Source: Nemertoderma westbladi (Eukaryota > Animalia > Xenacoelomorpha). Taken from it: a DNA stretch of 64,000 nt. Each line of letters begins with the position of its first letter. Positions within the stretch are counted from its first letter, which is position 1. The notes under the pieces are model-generated. The model had not been told where the DNA came from. It saw nothing but the letters and a program-made list of their open reading frames with translations, and ran no database searches. The stretch lies in the NCBI GenBank assembly GCA_032718475.1, contig JAUCBJ010001179.1, positions 69,562 through 133,561 on the forward strand, written 5' to 3'. This document shows positions 28,316-42,100 of the stretch, one piece after another. The position numbers and the translations under genes are program-made.

Positions 28316-29104
28316 ACTGTTCAATTTATTTTATAACGCTCTATAATCTTTTATTAAATAATTGAGCAATAAATAAGTACAGTAGTGTTACAAAATAAAT
28401 TGAACTGTAGTATTTTACTATATTGCTTCCATAGTTACTGCAATTCAATTTACTGTACTCTTCAACTCCTGATACCGCCTTTCTCAATGTTAAATAAATT
28501 AGTGTTATCGAATATTTATTACGTAACTAGAGAGCCTCTTAACAATATAAACTAATATTGGATATGGAGTTCCGTTATGGAATTCGCCTTGCAGACACTA
28601 AATTTGCAATAACTTTTGAGTGTTTAAATGGATTTTGCTCAAATTACTTGCAAACCTTTTCTACTTCAGTGCCCTTTTAATACTTGCAACAAAATATAAC
28701 AAATTCCACAAATGATTTTATTTTACATTTTTCGCTGTGAAAAACTAAAATCAATGCAATGATACTTTTTTTCCCTATAGGAAAAAAGTGCAACTTTTTC
28801 TCCCGATATTGGGGTAAATTCAAGTGAAAATGTAACAATTTAAGAATAAAAACTGTAAGGTTTTCGTATCCACGGAATCGACCTAAATTGAACTAAAATC
28901 AGCCAGATGTCCGTCCATTAACTACATATATTTTTTAATAATCGGTATGAAATAATTACAAAAGGTAATAAAGCTAACAAAATAATAAATATACAAACTA
29001 GATAAATAAATACTGTATCACAACACAATTCCGCCTCTTTCTTCAAGTCTTGCTGTTTATGGTAACCAGCTGACGGCGGCCAGACAATTCTTAGGTAACC
29101 ATAA

Positions 29105-29241
29105 TTAGCTCCGGACCAACAACCTAACAGTTCCTCTTAGTCTCTTCAACAATCGGACCACTTTATCATGGCCCATCCCGTGTAGACTCTTCCCGTTAAC
29201 CGCGAGTATCTGGTTCCCCCGTCTCAATCTACCGTCGTCCA
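29105..29241 (-). pseudogene. Duplicated MPDZ terminal exon, copy 4, truncated (3' half only)
   Basis: Matches the PDZ exon up to ...ccgtcgtcca, then jumps about 1.6 kb within the unit. Confidence 0.88.
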
Positions 29242-32200
29242 GTCGTAGTACGTCGTAGTACATTGTATGTCAGCCCGCCAGGCTGGCGCCTCCTACAACA
29301 CACGCAGCTCAGCAGCCACCTTGTCAATATTGGTTGTAAAATTCTGTTGTAAATATTTTCGAAGTCAATAAATAATTACACTTGAAATGCACTGTAGAGG
29401 GGTGGGGACGTGTTAGCGATGTCGCCCGGTGAATCTGAGCGTTTTTGGTGATCATTTCCTTAAAACATATTTTTTAAGCTCTATCTCGTGGTGTGGGTTA
29501 GAACGCGCGAAAGCGAAAATCGATGGTCATTTTTGAAAAAAATCGGAAGTTATTTGACAAAATTATGGCTAATTAACGGAAGGGCTTTTGTGTTGGCAAT
29601 TTATTATTTAATACAGTTGAATATTTGGCTGACTTGAAGTTCATTAACCCAGACAATTAAATTAAAATGAGAAATTATTTCGGTAAATTGCGGCTAATTT
29701 TGGGAAGGGCTTTTGGGTTGGCAATCCAATTTAAATGAAAGGTGTTCTTCGGATAATTTGAATTAATAACGAGTGCCTTACATAACGGCGCAGTGCACTT
29801 AATAACGAGTGCCCTACATAACGGCACAATGCACTTAATAACGAGTGCCCTACATAACGGCACAGTGCACTTAATAACGAGTGCACTGCATAACGGCACA
29901 ATGCACTTAATAACGAGTGCCCTACATAACGGCGCAGTGCACTTAATAACGAATGCCCTACATAACGGCACAGTGCACTTTATAACGACGCAGTGCACTT
30001 CATAAAGGTGTAGTGCACTTCATAATGGTGTAGTGCACTTCATAAAGGTGTTAGTAGTGCACTTCATAACGATGCAGTGCACTTAATGTTATATGCTATA
30101 GTATATGCTATGCTATATGCTATATGCTATATATGCAAATGCTATGCTATGCTATATGTTATATGTTATATGTTATGCTATAGTACATGCTATGCTATAT
30201 GATTTATGCTATATGCTATATGCTATGCTGTATGCTATATGCTATACTAAATGCTCTGCTATATGCTATATGTTATATGTTATGCTATAGTACATGCTAT
30301 GCTATATGCTTTATGCTATATGCTATATGCTATATGCTATATGCAATCTGCTATATGCTATATGCTATGCTATATGCTATGCTATATGCTATGCTATAAG
30401 CTATGCTATATGCTATATGCTATGCTATATGCTATATGCTATGCTATATGCTATGCTATATGCTATGCTATATGCTATGCTATATGCTATGCTATATGCT
30501 ATATGATATGCTATATGCTATATGCTATGTGCTATATACTATATGCTATATACTATATGCTATATGCTATGCTATATGTCATATGCTATATGTTATATGT
30601 TGTGCTATAGGCCATGTTATGCTATATGCTATATGCTATGCTATATGCTATATGTCATAAGCTACGCTTTATGCATATCATATGCTATATGCTATATACT
30701 ATGCTATATGCTTTCATATGTAACTTTCAAATTGACATTTTGACATGTCATTTTGCCAAAATGACATTTTCAAATTGACATTTTGACATGTCATTTTGCC
30801 AAAATGTCACTTTCAAATTGACAGTTTGACATGTCATTTTGCCAAAATGTTAATGTGTCAATATGTCACTTTCAAATTGACATTTTGACATGTCATTTTG
30901 CCAAAATGTCACTTTCAAATTGACAGTTTGACATGTCATTTTGCCAAAATGTTAATGTGTCAATATGTCACTTTCAAATTGACATTTTGACATGCCATTT
31001 TGCCAAAATGTTAATGTGTCAATATGTCACTTTCAAATTGACATTTTGACATGCCATTTTGCCAAAATGTCACTTTCAAATTGACATTTTGACATGTCAT
31101 TTTGACAAAATGTCAATGTGTCAATATGTCACTTTCAAATTGACAGTTTGACATGTCATTTTGTCAAAATGTAACTTTCAAATTGACATTTCGACATGTC
31201 ATTTTGCCAAAATGTCACTTTCAAATTGACATCTCGACATGTCATTTTGCCAAAATGTCACTTTCAAATTGACATTTTGACATGTCATTTTGCCAAAATG
31301 TCATTTTCAAGTTGACATTTTGACATTTCATTTTGCCAAAATGTCACTTTCGAATTGACATTTTCACATGTCTTTTTGCCAAAATGTCAATGTGTCAATA
31401 TGTCACCTTCAAATTGACAGTTTGACATGTCATTTTGTTAAAATGTCACCTTCAAATTGACACTTTGGCATGTCATTTTGCCAAAATGTCACTTTCGAAT
31501 TGACATTTTGACATGTCATTTTGCCAAAATGTCACTTTCGAATTGACATTTTGACATGTCATTTTGCCAAAATGTCATTTTCAAGTTGACATTTTGACAT
31601 GTCATTTTGCCAAAATGTCACTTTCGAATTGACATTTTGATGTGTCATTTTGCCAAAATGTCACTTTCAAATTGACACTTTGACATGTCATTTTGCCAAA
31701 ATGTCACTTTCAAATTGACAGTTTGACTTGTCTTTTTGTGAAAGTGTCACTTTCAAATTGACATTTTCACATGTCATTATGTCAAAATGTCACTTTCGAA
31801 TTGACATTTTAACATGTGTCATTTTGTGAAAATGTCATTGTGTCAAAATGTCACTTGACATGTCATTTTGTCAAAATGTCACTTTCAAATTGATACTTTG
31901 ACATGTCTTTTTGTCGAAATGTCACTTTCGAATTGACATTTTAACATGTGTCATTTTGTGAAAATGTCATTGTGTCAAAATGTCACTTGACATGTCATTT
32001 TGTCAAAATGTCACTTTCAAATTGACACTTTGACATGTCTTTTTGTCAAAATGTCACTTTCGAATTGACATTTTGATGTGTCATTTTGCCAAAATGTCAC
32101 TTTCAAATTGACACTATGACATGTCATTTTGCCAAAATGTCACTTTCAAATTGACACTTTGACTTGTCTTTTTGTGAAAGTGTCACTTTCAAATTGACAT

Positions 32201-33533
32201 TTTCACATGTCATTATGTCAAAATGTCACTTTCGAATTGACATTTTAACATGTGTCATTTTGTCAAAATGTCATTGTGTCAAAATGTCACTTGACATGTC
32301 ATTTTGTCAAAATGTCACTTTCAAATTGACACTTTGACATGTCTTTTTGGCAAAATGTCATTTTCAAGTTGACATTTTGTCATTTTGTCAAAATGTCATT
32401 TTGAAATTGACATTTTGACATGTCATTTTGCCAAAATGTCATTTTGAAATGACATTTTGACATGTCATTTTGCCAAAATGTCATTTTGAAATTGACATTT
32501 TGACATGTCATTTTGCCAAAATGTCATTTTTAAATTGACATTTGACATTTTGACATGTCATTTTGCCAAAATTTCATTCACAAATTGACATTTTGACATG
32601 TCATTTTGGCAAAATGTCATTTTCAAATTGTCATTTTGTCATTTTGTCGAAATGTAATTTTGAAATTGACATTTTGACATGTCATTTTGCCAAAATGTCA
32701 TTTTAAATTGACATTTGACATTTTGACATGTCATTTTGCCAAAATGTCATTTTCAAATTGACATTTTGACATGTCATTTTGCCAAAATGTCATTTTGAAA
32801 TTGACATTTGACATTTTGACATGTCATTTTGCCAAAATTTCATTTACAAATTGACATTTTGACATGTCATTTTGGCAAAATGTCATTTTCAAATTGACAT
32901 TTTGTCATTTCGTCGAAATGTCATTTTGAAATTGACATTTTGACATGTCATTTTGCCAAAATGTCATTTTAAATTGACATTTGACATTTTGACATGTCAT
33001 TTTGCCAAAATGTCATTTTCAAATTGACATTTTGACATATCATTTTGCCAAAATGTCATTTTGAAACTGACATTTTGACATGTCATTTTGCCAAAATGTC
33101 ATTTTTAAATTGACATTTGACATTTTGACATGTCATTTTGCCAAAATTTCATTTACAAATTGACATTTTGACATGTCATTTTGGCAAAATGTCATTTTCA
33201 AATTGTCATTTTGTCATTTTGTCGAAATGTCATTTTGAAATTGACATTTTGACATGTCATTTTGCCAAAATGTCATTTTAAATTGACATTTGACATTTTG
33301 ACATGTCATTTTGCCAAAATGTCATTTTCAAATTGACATTTTGACATGTCATTTTGAAATTGACATTTTGACATGTCATTTTGCCAAAATGTCATTTTGA
33401 AATTGACATTTGACATGTCATTTTGTCAAAATGTCATTTTCAAATTGACATTTTGGCATGTCATTTTGGCAAAATGGCATTTTCAAATTGACATTTTGTC
33501 ATTTTTTCAAAATTGAGATTTTGAAATGTCATA

Positions 33534-35069
33534 GATTTATTGTTCTCACGATATTTTGGTTCAAACACAAACGTTTTTTGATATTTTACGAGATTTAAAA
33601 TATTTTTTATTGAAAAAGCAGACATAACTATTCCCAGTCCGTTTCTGTAACATTTAGAGAAAAGGTAACTTGTGATACTTCTTTTAGTGTTAAATTAACA
33701 GCAGATTCCAAATTCAGTAACCGTTTTTACATATGATTTGTAGTTCTCGCGATATTTCGGTTCAAACACAACGTTTTTGGTATTTTACGAGATTTAAAGT
33801 ATTTTTTATTGAAAAAGCAGACATAACTATTCCCAGTCCGTTTCTGTAACATTTAGAGAAAAGTTAACTTGTGATACTTCTTTTAGTGTTAAATTAACAG
33901 CAGATTCCAAATACAGTAACCGTTTTTACATATGATTTGTAGTTCTCGCGATATTTGGATTCAAACACAACGTTTTTTGATATTTTATGAGATTTAAAGT
34001 ATTTTTTATTGAAAAAGCAGACATAACTATTCCCAGTCCGTTTCTGTAACATTTAGAGAAAAGGTAACTTGTGATACTTCTTTTAGTGTTAAATTAACAG
34101 CAGATTCCAAATTCAGTAACCGTTTTTACATATGATTTGTAGTTCTCGCGATATTTGGGTTCAAACACAACGTTTTTTGATATTTTACGAGATTTAAAGT
34201 ATTTTTTATTGAAAAAGCAGACATAACTATTCCCAGTCCGTTTCTGTAACATTTAGAGAAAAGGTAACTTGTGATACTTCTTTTAGTGTTAAATTAACAG
34301 CAGATTCCAAATTCAGTAACCGTATTTACATATGATTTGTAGTTCTCGCGATATTTGGGTTCAAACACAACGTTTTTTGATATTTTACGAGATTTAAAGT
34401 ATTTTTTATTGAAAAAGCAGACATAACTATTCCCAGTCCGTTTCTGTAACATTTAGAGAAAAGGTAACTTGTGATACTTCTTTTAGTGTTAAATTAACAG
34501 CAGATTCCAAATACAGTAACCGTTTTTACATATGATTTGTAGTTCTCGCGATATTTGGGTTCAAACACAACGTTTTTTGATATTTTACGAGATTTAAAGT
34601 ATTTTTTATTGAAAAAGCAGACATAACTATTCCCAGTCCGTTTCTGTAACATTTAGAGAAAAGGTAACTTGTGATACTTCTTTTAGTGTTAAATTAACAG
34701 CAGATTCCAAATTCAGTAACCGTTTTTACATATGATTTGTAGTTCTCGCGATATTTGGGTTCAAACACAACGTTTTTTGATATTTTACGAGATTTAAAGT
34801 ATTTTTTATTGAAAAAACAGACATAACTGTTCCGAGTCCGTTTCTGTAACATTTAGAGAAAAGGTAACTTGTGATACTTGTTTTAGTGTTAAATTAACAG
34901 CAGATTCCAAATTCAGTAACCGTTTTTACATATGATTTGTAGTTCTCGCGATATTTCGGTTCAAACACAACGTTTTTTGATATTTTACGAGATTTAAAGT
35001 ATTTTTTATTGAAAAAACAGACATAACTGTTCCGAGTCCGTTTCTGTAACATTTAGAGAAAAGGTAACT
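33534..35069. repeat. 200-bp satellite, about 7.7 monomers, about 790 bp downstream of the native stop codon
   Basis: Matches 26780-28315 at offset 6754. Confidence 0.96.
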
Positions 35070-35470
35070 ACTGTTCAATTTATTTTATAACGCTCTATAA
35101 TCTTTTATTAAATAATTGAGCAATAAATAAGTACAGTAGTGTTACAAAATAAATTGAACTGTAGTATTTTACTATATTGCTTCCATAGTTACTGCAATTC
35201 AATTTACTGTACTCTTCAACTCCTGATACCGCCTTTCTCAATGTTAAATAAATTAGTGTTATCGAATATTTATTACGTAACTAGAGAGCCTCTTAACAAT
35301 ATAAACTAATATTGGATATGGAGTTCCGTTATGGAATTCGCCTTGCAGACACTAAATTTGCAATAACTTTTGAGTGTTTAAATGGATTTTGCTCAAATTA
35401 CTTGCAAACCTTTTCTACTTCAGTGCCCTTTTAATACTTGCAACAAAATATAACAAATTCCACAAATGAT

Positions 35471-35476
35471 TTTATT
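35471..35476 (-). terminator. Candidate polyadenylation signal AATAAA
   Basis: Minus-strand AATAAA about 385 nt after the stop codon. The region is AT-rich, so the match may be chance. Confidence 0.25.
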
Positions 35477-35858
35477 TTACATTTTTCGCTGTGAAAAACT
35501 AAAATCAATGCAATGATACTTTTTTTCCCTATAGGAAAAAAGTGCAACTTTTTCTCCCGATATTGGGGTAAATTCAAGTGAAAATGTAACAATTTAAGAA
35601 TAAAAACTGTAAGGTTTTCGTATCCACGGAATCGACCTAAATTGAACTAAAATCAGCCAGATGTCCGTCCATTAACTACATATATTTTTTAATAATCGGT
35701 ATGAAATAATTACAAAAGGTAATAAAGCTAACAAAATAATAAATATACAAACTAGATAAATAAATACTGTATCACAACACAATTCCGCCTCTTTCTTCAA
35801 GTCTTGCTGTTTATGGTAACCAGCTGACGGCGGCCAGACAATTCTTAGGTAACCATAA

Positions 35859-36126
35859 TTAGCTCCGGACCAACAACCTAACAGTTCCTCTTAGTCTCTT
35901 CAACAATCGGACCACTTTATCATGGCCCATCCCGTGTAGACTCTTCCCGTTAACCGCGAGTATCTGGTTCCCCCGTCTCAATCTACCGTCGTCCACTGCC
36001 GCCCCCTTCGCGTAGACTGTCTTTACGTAGATAGGGAGGTTACCATGGGGACTGCCGTAACCGCCCACAATAGAGAATCCCAGACCCTGGGAACCCCGCT
36101 GGAGAGTTACCGTGGTAACCAAATCA
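35859..36126 (-). CDS. MPDZ: MPDZ-like terminal exon encoding the C-terminal PDZ domain (PDZ13-equivalent) and stop
   Basis: Acceptor attttcag|T GAT TTG; complete PDZ domain [15 protein letters not shown]...GTVRLLVRS*. Confidence 0.92.
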
Positions 36127-39100
36127 CTGAAAATAAAAGTTAGTTAGATTATATTTGATTTAACGAAAACTACAGAACCTAAAAGGTTATTAAGACCAAA
36201 ATGTTGCGATCAGTGACGATCTGATAAAAAAAAGAAATTCAACTGACCCAGAATTTAACTGTTCGTGTTGTTTCTCAATATTGTCCAACTCCATCGTATC
36301 TTGACTTGACTGACTAACTTCTGTTGTTTTTGATTCTGCGAAATGAAATAGAAACAAATAAAATAGTCATCTAGAAATTCACTCAACTTCTTAGGAAGCC
36401 AACCACTTACACGAAATTATAAAGAAAGTCAACTAAATGAATACTGGATATAAACAAATAACTATGTATATGACTTATTGCTGTTTGTATTACGTGTGTG
36501 TGTGTATGCCGAGTGTTTGTGGCTGTGGCATAGCGCGGCCTTCCAGTAAGTAGGCCGAGTTAATATACAATTAATTTACATTTTAGAATGATAATCAACT
36601 AATAAACAAACAGCTGTGAAGCAGCACTACAAACTCGGATCGATTACTTTTTCCGTCGGCTGATAACGCGCAATTACTGTGAAATGTTTAACAATTTAGG
36701 ATTCATTGAGTCAGCAAACATAAATAAATATTTAACATATAATAAACCTGAAGGTAGGCCTGTTGGTGATTCCTCTTTGTAGTATTCCTTGGCGTAATCC
36801 TGATACAGTCTCTCAAAGTCTCCCTTGTAAACAACATCCTCAGGGTCGGCCTCACTGACAGCACCACTACCATCGGCGTTGGCTTCCCCATCCAATGGAC
36901 TGTCTACAGACCCAGACAGGTCGAGCTGCAGAGACGGGGGGGTTCCACGGTTTATGGCACCAAGTTCAGCCATGGAATCTGTGTGATAAAGATAACAATA
37001 TTGTTTTGGGAAAAATCAACTTATCAGCTACACCCACCAACTAATCACTACCAGCGACACCTACCCACTAATCGCTACCAGCTATACCCACCAACTAATC
37101 CCCACCAGCTACACCCACCAACTAATCCCTACCAGCTATACCCACAAAGTAATCCCTACCAGCGACACCTACCAACTAATCCCTACCAGCTACACCAACC
37201 AACTAATAATCCCAACCAGCTACACCCACCAACAAATCCCTACCAGCTACACCCACCAACTAATCCCCACCAGCTACACCCACCAACTAATCCCTACCAG
37301 CTATACCCACCAACTAATCCCTACCAGCGACACCTACCCACTAATCGCTACCAGCTATACCCACCAACTAATCCCCACCAGCTACACCCACCAACTAATC
37401 CCTACCAGCTATACCCACCAACTAATCCTCACCAGCTACACCCACCAACTAATCCCTACCAACTACACCCACCAACTAATCCCTACCAGCTACACCAACC
37501 ACAGCAACTAATAATCCCTACCAGCTACACCCACCAACTAATAATCCCTACCAGCTACACCCACCAACTAATCACTACCAGCTACACCCACCAACTAATC
37601 CCTATCAGCTACACCTACCCACTAATCCCTACCAGCTACACCCACCAACTAATTCCTACCAGCTACACCAACCAACTAATAATCCCTACGAGCTACACCC
37701 ACCAACTAATAATCCCTACCAGCTACACCCACCAACTAATCCCTACCAGCTACACCCACCAACTAATCCTTACCAGCTACACCCACCAACGAATCCCTAC
37801 CCGCTACACCCACAAACTAATAACTACCAGCTACACCCACCAACTAATCCTTACCAGCTACACCCACCCACTAATCCCTACCAGCTATACCCACCAACTA
37901 ATCCCTACCAGCGACACCTACCCACTAATCGCTACCAGCTATACCCACCAACTAATCCCCACCAGCTACACCCACCAACTAATCCCTACCAGCTATACCC
38001 ACCAACTAATCCCCACCAGCTACACCCACCAACTAATCCCTACCAACTACACCCACCAACTAATCCCTACCAGCTACACCCACCAACTAATCCCTACCAG
38101 CTATACCCACAAAGTAATCCCTACCAGCGACACCTACCAACTAATCCCTACCAGCTACACCAACCAACTAATAATCCCAACCAGCTACACCCACCAACAA
38201 ATCCCTACCAGCTACACCCACCAACTAATCCCCACCAGCTACACCCACCAACTAATCCCTACCAGCTACACCCACCAACTAATTCCTACCAGCTACACCA
38301 ACCAACTAATAATCCCTACGAGCTACACCCACCAACTAATAATCCCTACCAGCTACACCCACCAACTAATCCCTACCAGCTACACCCACCAACTAATTCC
38401 TACCAGCTACACCAACCAACTAATAATCCCTACGAGCTACACCCACCAACTAATAATCCCTACGAGCTACACCCACCAACTAATAATCCCTACCAGTTAC
38501 ACCCACCAACTAATCCCTACCAGCTACACCCACCAACTAATCCTTACCAGCTACACCCACCAACGAATCCCTACCCGCTACACCCACCAACTAATAACTA
38601 CCAGCTACACCCACCAACTAATCCTTACCAGCTACACCCACCCACTAATCCCTACCAGCTACACCCACCAACTAATCCCTACCAGCTACACCAACCACAG
38701 CAACTAATAATCCCTACCAGCTACACCCACCAACTAATAATCCCTACCAGCTACACCCACCAACTAATCACTACCAGCTACACCCACCAACTAATCCCTA
38801 TCAGCTACACCTACCCACTAATCCCTACCAGCTACACCCACCAACTAATTCCTACCAGCTACACCAACCAACTAATAATCCCTACGAGCTACACCCACCA
38901 ACTAATAATCCCTACCAGCTACACCCACCAACTAATCCCTACCAGCTACACCCACCAACGAATCCCTACCCGCTACACCCACCAACTAATAACTACTAGC
39001 TACACCCACCAACTAATCCTTACCAGCTACACCCACCCACTAATCCCTACCAGCTACACCCACCCACTAATCCCTACCAGCTACACCCACCCACTAATCC

Positions 39101-42100
39101 CTACCAGCTACACCCACCGACTAATTCCTATCAGCTACCCACCAACTAATAACTACCAGCTTCACCCACCAACTAATCCCTACCAGCTACACCCACCAAC
39201 TAATCCCTACCAGCTACACCCACCAACTAATAACTACCAGCTACACCCACCAACTAATTCCTACCAGCTACAACCTCCAACTAATCCCTACCAGCTACAC
39301 CCACCAACTAATCCCTACCAGCTACACCCACCAATTAATCCCTACCAGCTACACCCACCAACTAATCCCTACCAGCTATACCCACCCACTAAACCCTACC
39401 AGCTACACCCAGCAACTAATCCCTACCAGCTACACCAACCAACTAATAATTCCTACCAGCTATACCCACCCAATAATCCCTACCAGCTACACGAACCGAC
39501 TAATAATCCCTACTAGCTACACCCACCAACTAATAATCCCTACCAGCTACACCCACCAACTAATTCCTACCAGCTACACCCACCAACTAATCCCTATCAG
39601 CTACACCCACCAACTAATCCCTACCAGCTACACCAACCAACTAATAATCCCTACCAGCTACACCCACCAACTAATCCCTACCAGCTACACCCACCAACTA
39701 ATACCTACCAGCTACACCCACCAACTAATCCCTACCAGCTACACCAACCAACTAATAATCCCTACCAGCTATACCCACCCAATAAACCCTACCAGCTACA
39801 CCCACCAACTAATCCCTACCAGCTACACCCACCAACTAATAACTACCAGCTACACCCACCAACTAATCCCTTCCAGCTACACCCACCAACTAATCCCTAC
39901 CAGCTACACCCACCAACGAATCCCTACCCGCTACACCCACCAACTAATCCCTACTAGCTACACCAACCAACTAATAATCCCTACCAGCTACATCCACCAA
40001 CTAATCCCTATCAGCTACACCCACCAACTAATCCCTACCAGCTACACCAACCAACTAATCCCTACCAGCTAGACCCACCAACGAATCCCTACCAGCTACA
40101 CCCACCAACTAATCCCTACCAGCTACACCAACCAACTAATCCCTACCAGCTAGACCCACCAACTAATCCCTACCAGCTACACCAACCAACTAATAATCCC
40201 TACCAGCTACACCCACCAACTAATCCCTACCAGCTACACCCACCAACTAATACCTACCAGCTACACCCACCAACTAATCCCTACCAGCTACACCAACCAA
40301 CTAATAATCCCTACCAGCTATACCCACCCAATAAACCCTACCAGCTACACCCACCAACTAATCCCTACCAGCTACACCCACCAACTAATCCCTACCAGCT
40401 ACACCCACCAACTAATCCCTATCAGCTACACCCACCAACTAATCCCTACCAGCTACACCAACCAACTAATAATCCCTACCAGCTACACCAACCAACTAAT
40501 AATCCCTACCAGCTACACCCACCAACTAATCCCTATCAGCTACACCCACCAACTAATCCCTACCAGCTACACCAACCAACTAATCCCTACCAGCTAGACC
40601 CACCAACTAATAACTACCAGCTACACCCACCAACTAATCCCTTCCAGCTACACCCACCAACTAATCCCTACCAGCTACACCCACCAACTAATCCCTACTA
40701 GCTACACCAACCAACTAATAATCCCTACCAGCTACACCCACCAACTAATCCCTATCAGCTACACCCACCAACTAATCCCTACCAGCTACACCAACCAACT
40801 AATCCCTACCAGCTAGACCCACCAACGAATCCCTACCAGCTACACCCACCAACTAATCCCTACCAGCTTCACCCACCAACTAATCCCTATCAGCTACACC
40901 CACCAACTAATGCCAACCAGCTACACCAACCAACTAATAATCCCTACCAGCTACACCCACCAACTAATCCCTACCAGCTACACCCACCAACTAATCCCTA
41001 CCAGCTACACCCACCAACTAATCCCTACCAGCTACACCAACCAACTAATAATCCCTACCAGCTATACCCAACCAATAAACCCTACCAGCTACACCCACCA
41101 ACTAATCCCTACCAGCTACACCCACCAACTAATAACTACCAGCTACACCCACCAACTAATCCCTACCAGCTACACCAACCAACTAATAATCCCTACCAGC
41201 TATACCCACCCAATAAACCCTACCAGCTACACCCACCAACTAATCCCTACCAGCTACACCCACCAACTAATCCCTTCCAGCTACACCCACCAACTAATCC
41301 CTACCAGCTACACCAACCAACTAATAATCCCTACCAGCTATACCCACCCAATAAACCCTACCAGCTACACCCACGAACTAAGATTCCCTACCAGCTACAC
41401 CCACCAACTAATCCCTATCAGCTACACCCACCAACTAATCCCTACCAGCTACACCAACCAACTAATAATCCCAACCAGCTACACCCGCCAACTAATAATC
41501 CCTACCAGCTACATCCACCCACTAATCCCTACCAGCTACACCCACCAACTAATCCCTACCAGCGACACCCACCAACTAATCCCTACCAACTACATCCACC
41601 AACGAATCCCTACCAGCTACACCCACCAACGAATCCCTATCAGCTACACCCACCAACTAATCCCTACCAGCTACACCCACCAACTAATCCCTACCAGCTA
41701 CACCCACCAACTAATCCCTACCAGCTACACCAACCAACTAATAATCCCTACCAGCTACACCCACCAACTAATCCCTACCAGCTACACCCACCAACTAATC
41801 CCTATCAGCTACACCCACCAACTAATCCCTTCCAGCTACACCAACCAACTAATAATCCCTACCAGCTACACCCACCAACTAATCCCTACCAGCTACACCC
41901 ACCAACTAATACCTACCAGCTACACCCACCAACTAATCCCTACCAGCTACACCCACCAACTAATCCCTACCAGCTACACCCACCAACTAATCCCTACCAA
42001 CTACATCCACCAACGAATCCCTACCAGCTACACCCACCAACGAATCCCTATCAGCTACACCCACCAACTAATCCCTACCAGCTACACCCACCAACTAATC

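Larger units (their letters stand above)
840..35069. repeat. Tandem segmental duplication: units 840-11107, 11108-20175, 20176-28315, 28316-35069, homologous to native 35070-36944
   Basis: The same sequence and ORFs recur (PDZ stop at 1629, 11899, 20965, 29105, 35859), with the same order of satellites in each unit. Confidence 0.95.
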
